Positions 47,736 to 49,361 of a DNA stretch of 49,361 nt are shown here, one piece after another (within the stretch, counting starts at the first letter, position 1; each line of letters starts with the position of its first letter). Below the pieces are notes generated by a model. That model ran no database searches. It was not told the origin of the DNA and saw only the letters and a program-made list of their open reading frames with translations. Source of the DNA: Lactobacillus sp. UBA5815 (GTDB lineage Bacteria; Bacillota; Bacilli; Lactobacillales; Lactobacillaceae); assembly GCA_002417825.1 (NCBI GenBank), contig DICX01000058.1, forward strand, positions 1-49,361, given 5' to 3'. Made by a program: the position numbers and the translations under genes.

Positions 47736-47806
47736 TTCTTTGTGGCAGTTTCTGAGACCTTCTTAATCGACATCATGTTCAAACTCAAAATCAAACCGCT
47801 TCAAAT

Positions 47807-49048
47807 TTATCTTCCTGTCGCAAACCATTGACGCAACAGCTTTTTTTGATCGATCACGACAGGAATCAAGCATAAGATTGCAAGCAGGCCACAAGCCGGA
47901 AAGCCCCAGATGCCAGACGTCACATCCATGATCGCACCGACGTATAAACTGCCAAGCGGTGTCGTTCCCTGATTCAACAAGACATAAACGCTCATGATCC
48001 TGCCGCGTAATTCATTAGGAACAGAATATTGGAACGATGCGTTCGACTGGTTGAGAAAGATCATGTTGCAAAAGCCGATGATGATCATCATCACAAGTGC
48101 CATGACGTACGTATGAACGAAAATCATCAGTGACTGGGCGATCACGGTCCCCAAAGTCACGATCAAGTAAAGCTTGCGACTGATTCCATCTTTTGACCGA
48201 TAACTCATCGTAAACGCCGCTGCTAAAGATCCGATCCCAACTGCTGACATCAAATTAGCGAACGTCTGCGCGCCAGAGTGCAAAACAGTTTTGGCATATA
48301 CCGGAATGATCACACTGTTGTTGAATTCTAGCGTGCAGACGATCAGCATCAATTCCGCGCTCAAACGAACGGCTGGCGTGTGGATCACATAGTGTAGTCC
48401 TTCTTTCATGTCACGGATGACGTTTTTATGTGCTGTCCGAATCGTTGCTGGGACGTTTTGGACAAAAAACAAGCCGATCAAGACCGCAACGTAACTGCAA
48501 GTATCGATCAGGAAACAAGCGGCAATACTAAATTTTGCCATCAAAATTCCCGCGATTGATGGGCCAACGATCTTGGCAAGGTTAAAAACGGACGAATTCA
48601 ATGAAATACCGTTAAGCAGATCTTTGGGGCCAACCAATTCGAAAACGAACGACTGTCGAGCCGGCGTGTCGAAACTTTGAAAGATACCATAACCGATCGC
48701 AATCAGTAAGATCTCCCAATAACGAACGACACGAAAGTAAACGAGTGCCGTCATGATTGCCCCTAAGACTAAGAATCCACTTTGTGTCAAAAGCAGGATG
48801 TTACGTTTGGGAAAACGATCGATGATCGTCCCTGCAATCAACGTCAAAAACAAGATTGGCACGAATTGACATGCTGACAAGATACCAACTAGAAGTGCGG
48901 ATCCCGTCATCTTGTAAACGAGCCATGTTTGCGCTGTTCGTTGGATCCACGTCCCAATCACTGAAAGACATTGGCCAAACCAAAAATTTCTAAAATTTTT
49001 CGACCTCCGCTGAGAAGAAAACATATTAGAAAAGAAATCACTGATCAT
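47807..49048 (-). CDS. MFS transporter
   Basis: FWFGQCLSVIGTW, GTIIDRFPKR, FDTPARQS and RGRIMS; 12 TM. Confidence 0.9.
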   Translation of the reverse strand: MISDFFSNMFSSQRRSKNFRNFWFGQCLSVIGTWIQRTAQTWLVYKMTGSALLVGILSACQFVPILFLTLIAGTIIDRFPKRNILLLTQSGFLVLGAIMTALVYFRVVRYWEILLIAIGYGIFQSFDTPARQSFVFELVGPKDLLNGISLNSSVFNLAKIVGPSIAGILMAKFSIAACFLIDTCSYVAVLIGLFFVQNVPATIRTAHKNVIRDMKEGLHYVIHTPAVRLSAELMLIVCTLEFNNSVIIPVYAKTVLHSGAQTFANLMSAVGIGSLAAAFTMSYRSKDGISRKLYLIVTLGTVIAQSLMIFVHTYVMALVMMIIIGFCNMIFLNQSNASFQYSVPNELRGRIMSVYVLLNQGTTPLGSLYVGAIMDVTSGIWGFPACGLLAILCLIPVVIDQKKLLRQWFATGR

Positions 49049-49096
49049 GTTTCAAACTTCCTTTCCAATCGATGAAAGTAAAAATGTCCATAGCAA

Positions 49097-49110
49097 TGTT
49101 AGCGCTATCA
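49097..49110. promoter_or_regulatory. cre-like / LacI-family operator
   Basis: Near-palindromic TGTTAGCGCTATCA about 50 nt upstream of the MFS start. Confidence 0.55.
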
Positions 49111-49361
49111 AACACAACTATAGTCAACCTGACATAAGATATTTTTTATTATAACATTGGATTTTCTCATTTTTTAAAAAATCATGAAAAATGGGCGCTA
49201 CTAAGCAAGTCAAGACTTTTATTTAATGCATTCATTAATGAAAGCAGGCTCTTTTTATATTCAGTTAGCAAATCGGCCATAATATTTTCACGATCGTTAT
49301 TCAAGACTGAAAGTTGAAAGACCTGTTCCAAATCAAAAAACGTGCTGTGATCACAGCACGT

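Overview
About 49 kb of Lactobacillus-type chromosome (inferred from gene content and order, e.g. pepR-efp-coaA-SGNH-ECF S-helD). It is mostly housekeeping genes: four ABC systems, APC/AEC/MFS/ECF/MMPL transporters, the peptidases PepD, PepT and PepR, plus efp, coaA, helD and hflX. I saw no integrase, transposase, CRISPR array, rRNA or tRNA. The most interesting signals lie below the 60-aa cut-off of the ORF track: three short leader ORFs, each with its own promoter, a strong SD and alternative RNA pairings. (1) A Pro-Pro leader directly upstream of efp, whose PP codons abut a hairpin that covers the efp RBS region; this is a candidate EF-P autoregulatory circuit. (2) A Tyr-rich leader with an attenuator and tandem terminators upstream of a TrpX-type ABC transporter. 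(3) A divergent Cys-x-Cys leader with an antiterminator/terminator pair upstream of a cystine-type ABC transporter. Other points: an AT-rich single-gene cassette flanked by 146-bp direct repeats (135/146 identical) that duplicate an ABC ATPase 3' end; apparent over-representation of CGATCG/GCGATCGC; and several enzymes with degenerate catalytic motifs. All pairings and counts were done by eye, and no database searches were run.
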